From Bacillus subtilis subsp. subtilis str. 168 (GTDB taxonomy: Bacteria > Bacillota > Bacilli > Bacillales > Bacillaceae): a DNA stretch of 32,000 nt. The stretch lies in contig NC_000964.3 in the NCBI RefSeq assembly GCF_000009045.1, positions 3,090,001 through 3,122,000 of the forward strand, written 5' to 3'. The position numbers were made by a program, and so were the translations under genes. Positions 10,035 through 19,362 of this stretch are shown here, piece by piece. The stretch's first letter is position 1. Each line of letters opens with the position of its first letter. The notes under the pieces are model-generated. The model ran no database searches and was not told where the DNA came from. It was given only the letters and a program-made list of their open reading frames with translations.

Positions 10035-10861
10035 GAGCCGCCCGTACAAAAAGCATGCGGATCATTACGCTTCTTGCAGCCATTGTGGCCTGTGCGCATT
10101 TTATTCCTTTTTATATCCTGCTGACCACTTCATTGAAAGCAAAAGGAGACTACAGTTCGAAATGGATATTTCCAGCCGACATCTCCTTTCATAATTTTTC
10201 AGAGGCGTGGGAGCGCGCTTCGCTAGGAAACTCTTTTATAAACACCATGATCATCACAGGTTTTTCTGCCTTGTTATTAATTATATTCGGCTCACTTGCC
10301 GCCTACCCGCTTGCCCGGCGGGAAACGAAACTGAATAAAGCCGTTTTTGCCTTGCTGATTTCCATTATGATCATCCCTCCGTTAACGTCCATGGTTCCTT
10401 TGTACCGAATGGTCGTGGACGCCGGAATGGTCAATACACACGCAATCGCCATTTTCATCAATACAGCGGCTTACATGCCGTTAACCGTATTCTTATATTC
10501 AGGCTTTATCCGATCGACCATTCCAAAAGAGCTTGTAGAAGCCGCAAGAATTGACGGTGCAGGCATGCTGAAAATCTTTTTTACGATTGTGTTTCCTCTG
10601 CTGAAGCCGATCACTGCGACCATCTGTATCATTTCTTGTGTCTTTATTTGGAACGACTATCAATTTGCCATTTTCTTTTTACAAGATCAAAAGGTTCAGA
10701 CATTAACAGTAGCCATGGCAGGTTTTTTCGGAGAAAACGCAAACAACCTTCATTTAGTTGCCGCAGCGGCACTTATGGCAATGCTGCCGATGGTTGTTCT
10801 GTTTTTGGCGCTGCAAAAATACTTTATTGCCGGCCTGTCTTCCGGAGCGGTAAAGGGTTAA
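10031..10861 (+). CDS. amyC: Sugar ABC transporter permease (MalG-like), 276 aa
   Basis: EAA-loop motif [23 protein letters not shown] is present, with a 4-nt ATGA overlap with amyD. Confidence 0.92.
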
Positions 10862-10880
10862 CATTAAAGGGGGAAGCAAT

Positions 10881-12179
10881 ATGAAAAAGATTACATTTAT
10901 CGGTGCAGGGAGCACGATTTTCGCCAAAAATGTTTTGGGAGACTGCCTGTTAACAGAGGCACTGAATGGATTTGAGTTCGCTCTTTACGACATTGATCCC
11001 AAACGCCTGCAGGAATCCCAGCTCATGCTCGAAAATCTAAGAGACCGTTATAACCCAAGTGTGGCCATCAACAGCTATGATGACAGAAAACTCGCCTTGC
11101 AAAACGCAGGCTATGTCATCAATGCGATTCAGGTTGGAGGATACAAACCGAGCACAGTCATCGATTTCGAGATTCCTAAACGGTATGGGCTGCGCCAGAC
11201 GATCGCCGATACAGTAGGCATCGGCGGGATATTCAGATCTCTCAGAACAATCCCGGTCTTATTTGATATCGCAAAAGATATGGAGGAAATGTGCCCTGAC
11301 GCATGGTTCTTAAACTATACAAATCCAATGGCCACTCTTACAGGCGCCATGCTCCGCTATACCAATATCAAAACAATCGGGCTCTGCCACAGTGTTCAAG
11401 TGTGCACGAAGGATTTATTTAAAGCTCTCGGAATGGAGCATGACGGAATTGAGGAACGCATTGCGGGCATTAATCATATGGCTTGGCTTTTGGAAGTCAA
11501 AAAAGACGGCACAGATTTATATCCAGAAATCAAAAGGAGAGCGAAAGAAAAACAAAAAACAAAGCATCATGATATGGTGCGGTTTGAATTAATGGATAAG
11601 TTCGGCTATTATGTCACGGAATCGTCCGAACATAACGCAGAGTATCACCCGTACTTTATTAAACGGAATTACCCTGAACTGATCAGCGAGCTGCAAATCC
11701 CGCTCGACGAATATCCGAGAAGGTGCGTCAAGCAGATTGAAAATTGGGAGAAAATGCGGGATGATATCGTCAATAATAAAAACCTTACGCACGAACGCTC
11801 AAAGGAATATGGTTCAAGAATTATAGAAGCAATGGAAACAAACGAACCATTCACCTTCGGAGGAAACGTCTTGAATACAGGGCTGATCACCAACCTTCCT
11901 TCAAAAGCGGTTGTGGAAGTGACATGCGTCGCCGACAGAAAAAAAATTACACCGTGCTTCGCCGGAGAACTGCCTGAGCAGCTTGCAGCCTTAAACCGGA
12001 CGAATATTAATACACAGCTGATGACAATCGAAGCGGCTGTCACACGAAAAAAAGAAGCGGTTTACCAAGCTGCAATGCTTGATCCGCATACAAGCGCGGA
12101 GCTTTCCATGAAGGACATCATCTCCATGTGCGACGATTTATTTGCAGCACACGGCGATTGGCTTCCGGAATACAAATAA
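10881..12179 (+). CDS. melA: Alpha-galactosidase, glycoside hydrolase family 4 (NAD+/Mn2+-dependent), 432 aa
   Basis: N-terminal Rossmann motif KITFIGAGS and the GH4 motif GLCHS are present. SD AAAGGGGGAAG precedes the start. It is the last gene of the operon. Confidence 0.93.
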   Translation: MKKITFIGAGSTIFAKNVLGDCLLTEALNGFEFALYDIDPKRLQESQLMLENLRDRYNPSVAINSYDDRKLALQNAGYVINAIQVGGYKPSTVIDFEIPKRYGLRQTIADTVGIGGIFRSLRTIPVLFDIAKDMEEMCPDAWFLNYTNPMATLTGAMLRYTNIKTIGLCHSVQVCTKDLFKALGMEHDGIEERIAGINHMAWLLEVKKDGTDLYPEIKRRAKEKQKTKHHDMVRFELMDKFGYYVTESSEHNAEYHPYFIKRNYPELISELQIPLDEYPRRCVKQIENWEKMRDDIVNNKNLTHERSKEYGSRIIEAMETNEPFTFGGNVLNTGLITNLPSKAVVEVTCVADRKKITPCFAGELPEQLAALNRTNINTQLMTIEAAVTRKKEAVYQAAMLDPHTSAELSMKDIISMCDDLFAAHGDWLPEYK

Positions 12180-12210
12180 AAACTAGGGGACCGCTCTCCC
12201 CTAGTTTTTT
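12179..12210. terminator. Bidirectional rho-independent terminator shared by melA (+) and ytwF (-)
   Basis: Perfect 12-bp stem AAAACTAGGGGA / TCCCCTAGTTTT with loop CCGCTC, flanked by A/T runs on both sides. The ytwF stop codon (12201-12203) lies inside the right arm. Confidence 0.85.
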
Positions 12211-12512
12211 GGTTTTGTTTCGCCTTCCCAGGCCATCATGCCGCCTTCAACATTGACTGTTTTAAAGCCTTGCTCATCCAGGTACTTGCAGACGTTCATG
12301 CTGCGCATTCCTGAGCGGCAGATAAATACGTACTCTTTGTCTTTATCAAGGGTTTCCATTTTTTCAGGAATATCCCCCATGCGAATATGAACGGCTTGCG
12401 GGATCATGCCTTCCGCTACCTCTTCATCTTCTCTGACATCAATTAAATATAATTCTTCGTCCGCCTCAATTTTTTCTTTCAAAGCGGCTGTGCTGATTTC
12501 TTTTATTTCCAA
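12201..12512 (-). CDS. ytwF: Single-domain rhodanese (sulfurtransferase-like), about 103 aa
   Basis: Active-site loop CRSGMRS is present. The ORF-track GTG start (12521) overlaps the SD AGGAG, whereas the TTG at 12512 lies 7 nt after AGGAG, so I prefer the latter. Confidence 0.8.
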   Translation of the reverse strand: MEIKEISTAALKEKIEADEELYLIDVREDEEVAEGMIPQAVHIRMGDIPEKMETLDKDKEYVFICRSGMRSMNVCKYLDEQGFKTVNVEGGMMAWEGETKPKN

Positions 12513-12588
12513 AGAAAACACTCCTATTCACAGTGATCATGTTCAGTATATCAAAGTCAGCCGAACGATTGCTATTCTGAGACTGATG

Positions 12589-12620
12589 AAAAAAAATCCC
12601 CTTTTGGCAAAGGGGATTTT
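12589..12620 (-). terminator. Rho-independent terminator of leuS
   Basis: Perfect 12-bp stem AAAATCCCCTTT / AAAGGGGATTTT with loop TGGC, followed on the minus strand by an 8-nt T-run. It lies 9 nt downstream of the leuS stop. Confidence 0.88.
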
Positions 12621-12628
12621 TTCTAGGC

Positions 12629-15043
12629 TTAGTTTGCCACAATATTGACAAGCTTCCCAGGCACCGCGATGATTTTCCGAATCGTTTTGCCTTCAAGCTG
12701 CTCTTTGACCTTTTCATCTGCTTGAGCAAGCTGTTCCAGCTGTTCTTTCGTTGCATCGGCAGGAACCTGTAATTTCGCTTTTACTTTTCCGTTCAGCTGA
12801 ACAACGATTTCAACTTCATCATCCACAAGTTTTGTTTCATCATATACAGGCCAAGCTTCGTAGGCAATTGTGCCGGAATGGCCAAGCTTCTCCCATAGCT
12901 CTTCCGCTAAGTGTGGCGCGACAGGAGAAAGAAGCTTCACGAAGCCTTCCATATATTCTTTCGGCAGTTCTGTTGCTTTATAAGCTTCATTAATAAAGAC
13001 CATCAGCTGGGAAATACCCGTGTTGAAACGAAGGCCTTCATAATGGTCTGTGACTTTCATGACCGTTTCATGATAGACGCGCTCCAATGTTTCACCCGCG
13101 CCTTCAACGATTTTTCCATTAAGCTCACCGCTGTCTTCAATAAATAGGCGCCATACACGGTCAAGGAAACGGCGCGCACCGTCTAATCCTGATTCAGACC
13201 AGGCGATTGAAGCATCAAGAGGTCCCATGAACATTTCGTACAATCTCAGCGTATCAGCACCGTGAGAGGCCACGATTTCGTCAGGATTGACAACGTTCCC
13301 TTTAGATTTACTCATTTTTTCGTTGTTTTCGCCGAGAATCATTCCTTGGTTGTACAGCTTTTGGAACGGTTCTTTCGTCGGCACTACGCCGATATCATAA
13401 AGGAACTTATGCCAGAAGCGGGCATACAGAAGGTGAAGCACGGCATGTTCTGCACCGCCGATATACATATCGACCGGAAGCCATTTTTCCAATTTTTCTG
13501 GTGATGCCAGCTGATCCGGATTGTGCGGATCAATATAGCGCAAGAAATACCAGCAGCTTCCCGCCCATTGCGGCATTGTATTCGTTTCTCTTCTTCCTTT
13601 TTTCCCTGTCTCAGGGTCTGTGACTTCCACCCACTCTTTAATGTTCGCAAGCGGTGATTCGCCCGTTCCGCTCGGTTTGATTTCATCCGTTTTTGGCAAA
13701 ATCAGCGGCAGCTCCTCTTCCGGGACAGCTGTTGACGTTCCGTCTTCCCAATGAATGACCGGAATCGGCTCGCCCCAATAACGCTGGCGGCTGAAGAGCC
13801 AGTCACGAAGACGGTACGTCACTTTCTTCTCACCGTTTTTCGTTTCTTCCAGCCAAGCGATCACTTTTTCAATCGCTTCCTGTTTGTGAAGGCCGTTCAG
13901 GAAATCAGAGTTCACGTGCTCGCCGTCGCCAGTATAGGCTGCTTCCTCAACGTTCCCGCCTTTTACGACTTCCTTCACCGGAAGGCCGAATGTTTTGGCG
14001 AATTCAAAATCACGCTCATCGTGTCCTGGAACTGCCATGACAGCACCTGTTCCGTATGATGCAAGAACATAATCCGCAATCCAAATCGGCAGTTTTTCTC
14101 CGTTTACAGGATTGATCGCATACGCTCCTGTAAATACGCCTGTCTTTGTTTTCGCAAGATCTGTGCGTTCTAGGTCACTCTTTGATTGAATTTCTTTGAT
14201 ATAAGCTTCAACAGCTTCTTTTTGCTCTGCCGTTGTGATGTTTTCCACCAATGCGTGTTCCGGGGCAAGGACAGTGTATGTAGCGCCAAACAGCGTATCT
14301 GGTCTTGTTGTAAACACTGTAAAGGAATCATCATGTCCATCTATAGCAAAATGAACGTGAGCGCCTTCCGAACGGCCGATCCAGTTGCGCTGCATATCTT
14401 TAATGCTTTCCGGCCAATCAAGCTCTTCCAAGTCCTCAAGGAGCCTGTCCGCATAAGCGGTGATTTTCAGCATCCACTGCTTCATTGGGCGTCTCTCTAC
14501 CGGATGGCCGCCGCGTTCGCTCTTGCCGTCAATGACTTCTTCGTTGGCAAGAACAGTACCGAGCGCAGGGCACCAGTTTACAGGCACTTCGTCAACGTAA
14601 GCAAGGCCTTTTTCGTATAGCTTTAAGAAAATCCATTGCGTCCATTTATAGTATTCAGGGTCAGTCGTATTGATTTCGCGATCCCAGTCATATGAGAAGC
14701 CAAGCGCTTGAATTTGGCGGCGGAAGTTATCAATATTCTGCTTCGTAAACACAGCGGGGTCGTTCCCTGTGTCAAGCGCGTACTGTTCAGCTGGCAGGCC
14801 GAATGCGTCCCAGCCCATTGGATGAAGGACATCATAGCCCTGCATGCGCTTCATGCGGGACAGAATATCCGTAGCTGTGTATCCTTCAGGATGGCCGACG
14901 TGCAACCCAGCTCCAGACGGATAAGGAAACATGTCCAGCGCGTAAAATTTTTGTTTTTCATTATTATCAAGAGTGGCAAATGTTTTGTTTTCAAGCCAAT
15001 ATGTCTGCCATTTCTTTTCTATCTCTTTGTGCTGAAAACTCAA
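12629..15043 (-). CDS. leuS: Leucyl-tRNA synthetase, 804 aa
   Basis: Class-I signatures HVGH (in LHVGHPEGY) and KMSKS (KMSKSKGN) are present, and there is a Leu T-box leader upstream. Confidence 0.97.
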   Translation of the reverse strand: MSFQHKEIEKKWQTYWLENKTFATLDNNEKQKFYALDMFPYPSGAGLHVGHPEGYTATDILSRMKRMQGYDVLHPMGWDAFGLPAEQYALDTGNDPAVFTKQNIDNFRRQIQALGFSYDWDREINTTDPEYYKWTQWIFLKLYEKGLAYVDEVPVNWCPALGTVLANEEVIDGKSERGGHPVERRPMKQWMLKITAYADRLLEDLEELDWPESIKDMQRNWIGRSEGAHVHFAIDGHDDSFTVFTTRPDTLFGATYTVLAPEHALVENITTAEQKEAVEAYIKEIQSKSDLERTDLAKTKTGVFTGAYAINPVNGEKLPIWIADYVLASYGTGAVMAVPGHDERDFEFAKTFGLPVKEVVKGGNVEEAAYTGDGEHVNSDFLNGLHKQEAIEKVIAWLEETKNGEKKVTYRLRDWLFSRQRYWGEPIPVIHWEDGTSTAVPEEELPLILPKTDEIKPSGTGESPLANIKEWVEVTDPETGKKGRRETNTMPQWAGSCWYFLRYIDPHNPDQLASPEKLEKWLPVDMYIGGAEHAVLHLLYARFWHKFLYDIGVVPTKEPFQKLYNQGMILGENNEKMSKSKGNVVNPDEIVASHGADTLRLYEMFMGPLDASIAWSESGLDGARRFLDRVWRLFIEDSGELNGKIVEGAGETLERVYHETVMKVTDHYEGLRFNTGISQLMVFINEAYKATELPKEYMEGFVKLLSPVAPHLAEELWEKLGHSGTIAYEAWPVYDETKLVDDEVEIVVQLNGKVKAKLQVPADATKEQLEQLAQADEKVKEQLEGKTIRKIIAVPGKLVNIVAN

Positions 15044-15131
15044 AGTAAAAACCTCCTTCTGATTGAATACGGCGTGTATGGTTCAAGTATTGACGGGAAG
15101 GAGAGGATTATATTCAGAATATTCCCAAACT

Positions 15132-15340
15132 AAAAAAAACTCCCTCATCCCAAAAAGGGACGAGAGACTTTCGTTTTCCCGCGGTACCACCCTCGTTAGC
15201 GCGGCATACGCCGCACTCACTTGATACTTTTAACGCAGTTATGCGTCAGCGGCTTTTCACCGCTGCAACTCTGAGGTGAGTTCGGAAACAAACTTGATTG
15301 ACTTTCACCAGCCGTCAACTCTCTGCAACAATATCTGTTT
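15132..15340 (-). promoter_or_regulatory. T-box riboswitch leader (tRNA-Leu, specifier CUC) controlling leuS
   Basis: Minus-strand elements, in order:
- AG-box AGAGAG and GNUGGUGAAAG-type distal motif (15302-15329).
- Specifier context GAA-CUC-A, with CUC at 15280-15278.
- Conserved T-box AACGAGGGTGGTACCGCG (15197-15180).
- Terminator helix 15168-15140 with 8 U (15139-15132), ending 88 nt before the leuS ATG. Confidence 0.9.
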
Positions 15341-15387
15341 CTTACTGCTCCTCTTCATTGTTCTTATCGCAACCGTAATCTAACTGT

Positions 15388-15416
15388 ATTTTATAGAATT
15401 CTGTTCATAAGTGCAA
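15388..15416 (-). promoter_or_regulatory. Candidate SigA promoter of the leuS leader
   Basis: Minus strand: TTGCAC (15416-15411), 17-nt spacer, TAAAAT (15393-15388). It lies about 40 nt upstream of Stem I. Confidence 0.45.
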
Positions 15417-15469
15417 GCAGGTTTGTATACAATGGGAATGTACCCTGAACGGGCGGAGATTGAGGACAA

Positions 15470-15805
15470 TTATTCGGGTGGAGTTTTGGTTTGACGTTTG
15501 GACTCGGCCGGTTCGCCGCCGCTGTTCAGTTCTCTCACAAAGTCAAAACTTCTGAGAACAGCTTCACCGCCGTAGCCTGAGATAATGGATAAGATGACAA
15601 GTTGAATTCCTGAATCGGGGTCAGCGGATAATACAAGTAAAATGGAAGCCGTCATGCCGATAAACCAATCTTCCAAAAATCCAAGGTAGATAAACCGCTT
15701 CGTCATTCTGGGCTTCTCCAGCCTGCCTCTCTTTTTCACATGACCGAGAATCCCCATGATTCCTCCAATTACACAAGCAATGAGTACCTGATGCAGCATC
15801 TTCAT
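15470..15805 (-). CDS. ytvB: Small integral membrane protein of unknown function, about 111 aa
   Basis: ORF 15470..15940 trimmed. Three in-frame ATGs (15808, 15805, 15799) follow SD-like AGGAAGGTG, and the exact start is ambiguous. Two or three hydrophobic helices are visible (HQVLIACVIGGIMGILG; WFIGMTASILLVLS; IQLVILSIISGYGG). Confidence 0.7.
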   Translation of the reverse strand: MKMLHQVLIACVIGGIMGILGHVKKRGRLEKPRMTKRFIYLGFLEDWFIGMTASILLVLSADPDSGIQLVILSIISGYGGEAVLRSFDFVRELNSGGEPAESKRQTKTPPE

Positions 15806-16209
15806 CATCACCTTCCTAAAGCCCTTATTTCGTAAAGCGACTTCAGGCCATCCAGCCCCCTTAAACGATTCCGATGATTTTCGATATCTACATACCGGCA
15901 AATCTGTAAAAAGCTTGTTTCTTCCATTATATGTGAACACATGATCGGTAAGCTTGATGCATTGGATTCATTTTTCACCCAGTGACATTGACCTAGTCAC
16001 CTATTTAGCATGTAGAAAACCTTTCCGTTCATATGTTCAAATTCTGTTCTTATTTTTAGTGTATACGAGGACAAGCCCTAATGACAAACAACAAACTGCA
16101 CTTGCTTGAATCAGAACATGTGTTGTGCTACGGTTACTGTAGAATTCATTTTTAAAAAGGGGAATATCAGGCTTTCGCATAGCAAGCTGACGGCCTAAGG
16201 GGGATTTAT

Positions 16210-16995
16210 ATGGCTAGTTTTCAATCATTTGGGATACCAGGACAGCTGGAAGTCATCAAAAAAGCACTTGATCACGTGCGAGTCGGTGTGGTAATTACAG
16301 ATCCCGCACTTGAAGATAATCCTATTGTCTACGTAAATCAAGGCTTTGTTCAAATGACCGGCTACGAGACCGAGGAAATTTTAGGAAAGAACTGTCGCTT
16401 CTTACAGGGGAAACACACAGATCCTGCAGAAGTGGACAACATCAGAACCGCTTTACAAAATAAAGAACCGGTCACCGTTCAGATCCAAAACTACAAAAAA
16501 GACGGAACGATGTTCTGGAATGAATTAAATATTGATCCAATGGAAATAGAGGATAAAACGTATTTTGTCGGAATTCAGAATGATATCACCAAGCAAAAAG
16601 AATATGAAAAGCTTCTCGAGGATTCCCTCACGGAAATTACTGCACTTTCAACTCCTATTGTCCCGATTCGCAATGGCATTTCGGCTCTTCCGCTAGTCGG
16701 AAACCTGACAGAGGAGCGATTTAATTCCATCGTTTGCACATTGACGAATATCTTATCAACATCCAAAGATGATTATTTGATCATTGATTTATCCGGATTG
16801 GCCCAAGTGAACGAACAAACGGCCGACCAAATTTTCAAGCTGAGCCATTTGCTGAAATTGACCGGAACTGAGTTAATCATTACTGGCATTAAGCCTGAAT
16901 TGGCTATGAAAATGAATAAACTGGATGCCAATTTTTCGTCGCTGAAAACATATTCAAATGTAAAGGATGCCGTTAAAGTGCTTCCGATTATGTAA
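16210..16995 (+). CDS. ytvA: Blue-light photoreceptor, LOV (FMN) domain fused to a STAS domain, 261 aa
   Basis: LOV signature GKNCRFLQG carries the photoactive Cys, and the C-terminal part is a STAS-like region. SD AAGGGGGA is upstream. Recognised as YtvA. Confidence 0.95.
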
Positions 16996-17025
16996 AAAGA
17001 TCCCGCTCACCCAGCTGGATCTTTC
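16996..17025 (+). terminator. Imperfect hairpin directly after the ytvA stop (probable ytvA terminator, degenerate copy)
   Basis: AAAGATCC...GGATCTTT forms 8 bp. The stem extends by GCT/AGC across a C-T mismatch. The hairpin starts 1 nt after the TAA, and its left arm AAAGATCCCGCTCA is repeated at 17201-17214. Confidence 0.5.
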
Positions 17026-17032
17026 AGATTGT

Positions 17033-17073
17033 TGACAAAATCCTAAAATGGTTTTCATTTTAGGATTTTGTCA
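17033..17073. repeat. Perfect 18-bp inverted repeat (AT-rich hairpin)
   Basis: TGACAAAATCCTAAAATG (17033-17050), loop GTTTT, then CATTTTAGGATTTTGTCA (17056-17073). TCTTTTC follows on the plus strand. Confidence 0.9.
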
Positions 17074-17074
17074 T

Positions 17075-17204
17075 CTTTTCAGCGTGATTGAAAACCCTTG
17101 AAGTCTAGGAAGGACGAGCATAGGAGCGGAGCGAATGTTCTAATTCGTGAGCACCGAAGCGCAGGCCTGACAACGAATGCGAGGGTTTGTCGACACGCTG
17201 AAAG
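17075..17204. other. Non-coding segment of about 130 nt with nested long-range complementarity. Candidate structured RNA or interspersed repeat element.
   Basis: Closing helices:
- CAGCGTG (17080-86) with CACGCTG (17194-200).
- AAACCCT (17092-98) with AGGGTTT (17182-88).
- GTCtAGG (17103-09) with CCTGAC (17166-71).
- CGAAT (17132-36) with ATTCG (17143-47).
No SD-preceded ORF exists on either strand. The strand and function are unknown. Confidence 0.35.
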
Positions 17205-17229
17205 ATCCCGCTCATTCGGCGGGATCTTT
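17201..17229. terminator. Bidirectional rho-independent terminator (yttB terminator; perfect copy of the duplicated hairpin)
   Basis: Perfect 11-bp stem AAAGATCCCGC / GCGGGATCTTT with a 7-nt loop, 2 nt beyond the yttB stop. The U-run on the minus strand is only a weak CTTTC; the TTTT tract follows on the plus strand. Confidence 0.8.
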
Positions 17230-17231
17230 TA

Positions 17232-18425
17232 TTATGAAGAGATTGATGCCTGCTTATTTGTTTCTTTAGCTGATTTTATCCGTTTGTCATATAGAAGCGT
17301 TGTGGCAATACTGATCAGCAGCAATACCAACAGAGATAAAACAAGAGCCCTAATGCCGTAATGATCGACAAGCACTCCTCCGAACAGGGGACCAATCATT
17401 CTGCCGCCTGTCGCCGCACTGTTGACAAAGCCTTGATAAAAGCCTTCTTTCCCTTTAGGGGCAAGCTGATTGGCAATAGTCGGCACAGCAGGCCAAACAA
17501 GCATTTCTCCGATAGTCAGGATCACCATCGCAGCGAGAAACATCGGAAATTGCTTTGCAGTCAGCAGCATGCTGAAAGACACAATAAAAATGATAAAGCC
17601 GATGACCATTTGCGCTTTTAGCGACTCGGCCCATTTTTTCACCACAAAACTGACGAGCGGCTGGCCGAGCACAATGAGAATTCCGTTAACCGTCCACAGC
17701 ACGCTGTATAAGGAAAGAGATATTCCAATGCTTTGTGTGTACGAAGCAATTGTGGTTGACCACTGAGAATAAGCCAGCCATCCGAGTACATAGCCTCCGC
17801 TTAAAATGATCAGTGCGGCAAATTTTGCTTTGCTGTTCACAGCATCATAATCAAGCACGGATGTTTGGGATGCATCGCCCGTTTGAATATTTCGAAATCC
17901 GAAATATACAATAAAGAAAAAGATCAGATACAATACGGCATTTGCCAAAAATACATATGAAAACGAGAAAGATGCCACGACACCGCCAAGCGCTGAACCA
18001 ACGGCCACGCCCGCGTTTTGCGCGACATATATCGCATTAAATGCCTTCCTTCCCCCTTCAGGCCATACCGATCCCGCCATTGCGTAGCTTGCCGGAAAAA
18101 CAACACCGGAGCCAAAGCCCACAATCGTCAGCAGCACAATATAGGCTGGCCAATCATGAAAAAAGACAAGACCCATCAGGCTTGCTAACGTAATGGCTAT
18201 CCCAAGCATAATCGATTTAAAACCGCCGATTTTATCAAACAAAAAACCTCCGCATAAATTGCCAGCCACACTGGCGCCGGAATTCAGCATCAGGACAAGT
18301 CCGGCTACTGTTAACGACTTTCCTAAATGATTATGGATATAAATCGTATTCAGCGGCCATAAAAAAGAAGCACCCGTCACATTGATAAACATTCCAATGA
18401 CTAAAATTTTAAGAGCACGCGGCAT
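17232..18425 (-). CDS. yttB: Major facilitator superfamily transporter, about 397 aa, substrate unknown
   Basis: About 12 hydrophobic segments across the protein. ORF 17232..18431 trimmed to the second ATG (18425), because the first ATG abuts the SD AAAGGGGGA. Confidence 0.85.
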   Translation of the reverse strand: MPRALKILVIGMFINVTGASFLWPLNTIYIHNHLGKSLTVAGLVLMLNSGASVAGNLCGGFLFDKIGGFKSIMLGIAITLASLMGLVFFHDWPAYIVLLTIVGFGSGVVFPASYAMAGSVWPEGGRKAFNAIYVAQNAGVAVGSALGGVVASFSFSYVFLANAVLYLIFFFIVYFGFRNIQTGDASQTSVLDYDAVNSKAKFAALIILSGGYVLGWLAYSQWSTTIASYTQSIGISLSLYSVLWTVNGILIVLGQPLVSFVVKKWAESLKAQMVIGFIIFIVSFSMLLTAKQFPMFLAAMVILTIGEMLVWPAVPTIANQLAPKGKEGFYQGFVNSAATGGRMIGPLFGGVLVDHYGIRALVLSLLVLLLISIATTLLYDKRIKSAKETNKQASISS

Positions 18426-18613
18426 ACTCATCCCCCTTTCTTACCTAAAAAAGCTCATGAAAAAAACGAAACCTAAAACGGCTCCGTACGAATCCAGTTA
18501 TCATAGCACATTCATTCTATCTGTCTCTCTCACATTTTTCAACTGATGAGCGTGAAAAAATCTAACAAATATTGTTTGAAAAATGTAAAATAAATAGAAA
18601 AAGGGGTCATATT

Positions 18614-19360
18614 ATGGAAATGGTATTAGCATTCTTAGGTTTTCTGGCATGTCTCATTGCACTGGGCTATGGATTATATCACCTTGTCAGATATGTACTG
18701 AAAAAGGAAAAACGTTTCTCAAAGAGACTTTTTTGGCCGCTTTTCATTGGAGGCCTTGTGCTGCTCTTTACCGGGGCAGCATTGGCAGAACCTGACACTG
18801 CCGCAGCAAATGCCGAGAAAAAATATTCAGCGCTAAACGCCGAATATAAAAACCTCACAAAAGAGCACGAAGAACTTGAGAAAGAATATAAATCTGTCAG
18901 CTCTGAAGCAAAGAAATTAAAAGACAACAAAGAAGATCAAGACAAGCTTGAGAAGCTTAAAAACGAAAATAGCGATCTAAAAAAGACTCAGAAATCATTA
19001 AAAGCTGAGATTAAAGAGCTTCAAGAAAATCAAAAGCAGCTCAAAGAAGATGCAAAAACGGCAAAGGCTGAAAATGAAACACTTCGACAAGATAAAACAA
19101 AGCTTGAAAATCAATTAAAAGAGACGGAAAGCCAAACCGCCAGCTCTCATGAAGACACTGGAAGTTCTTCAAACAATACGAGTAAAAGTGATGAAACCAA
19201 AACAGCTGACAAAGCAGAAGGCTGTAATATCAAAGGAAGCAGAAACGGCATCTACCACACGCCAGGCAGTACATACTACGACCGGACAACCGATCCGGCT
19301 GAAATGTTTTGCTCAGTTGAAGAAGCTGAAGCCGCCGGTTATCGGGCGCCAAAACGATAA
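18614..19360 (+). CDS. yttA: Membrane-anchored coiled-coil protein with a small C-terminal Cys-containing module, 248 aa, function unknown
   Basis: ORF 18572..19360 trimmed to the ATG at 18614 (SD AAAGGGGT 6 nt upstream). It has two N-terminal hydrophobic helices, then about 110 aa of K/E/L-rich heptad-like sequence, a Ser/Thr-rich linker, and the C-terminal module [45 protein letters not shown]. Confidence 0.85.
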
Positions 19361-19362
19361 AC

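Noticed and set aside
12751-15133. Several plus-strand ORFs of 70-144 aa antisense to leuS (for example 14186-14620 and 14708-15133).
   Set aside because: These are shadow ORFs of an 804-codon conserved gene. None has an RBS, and the last one runs through the T-box terminator.
16081-16155. 24-codon ORF (MTNNKLHLLESEHVLCYGYCRIHF) upstream of ytvA, and a 29-codon ORF (MKKTKPKTAPYESSYHSTFILSVSLTFFN) at about 18456-18545 upstream of yttA.
   Set aside because: No Shine-Dalgarno sequence lies within 15 nt of either ATG, and I have no conservation evidence. They are most likely chance ORFs in promoter regions.
16140-16170. Possible SigB-type promoter (GGGAAT -10-like element at 16160-16165) upstream of ytvA.
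   Set aside because: No GTTTAA-like -35 lies 12-14 nt upstream. The only TTTTAA lies just 4 nt away, so the spacing is wrong.
17098-17361. 87-aa plus-strand ORF starting in the ytvA-yttB spacer, and a 25-codon minus-strand mini-ORF (MSGIFQRVDKPSHSLSGLRFGAHEL) in the same block.
   Set aside because: Neither has an SD. The 87-aa ORF uses a non-ATG start, crosses the yttB terminator and runs antisense into yttB. The region is better explained as structured non-coding DNA or RNA.
18830-19140. Possible DNA tandem repeats in the K/E-rich part of yttA.
   Set aside because: The repetition is at the amino-acid-composition or heptad level only. I could not find exact or near-exact nucleotide repeat units, so it is a coiled-coil coding region, not a repeat array.
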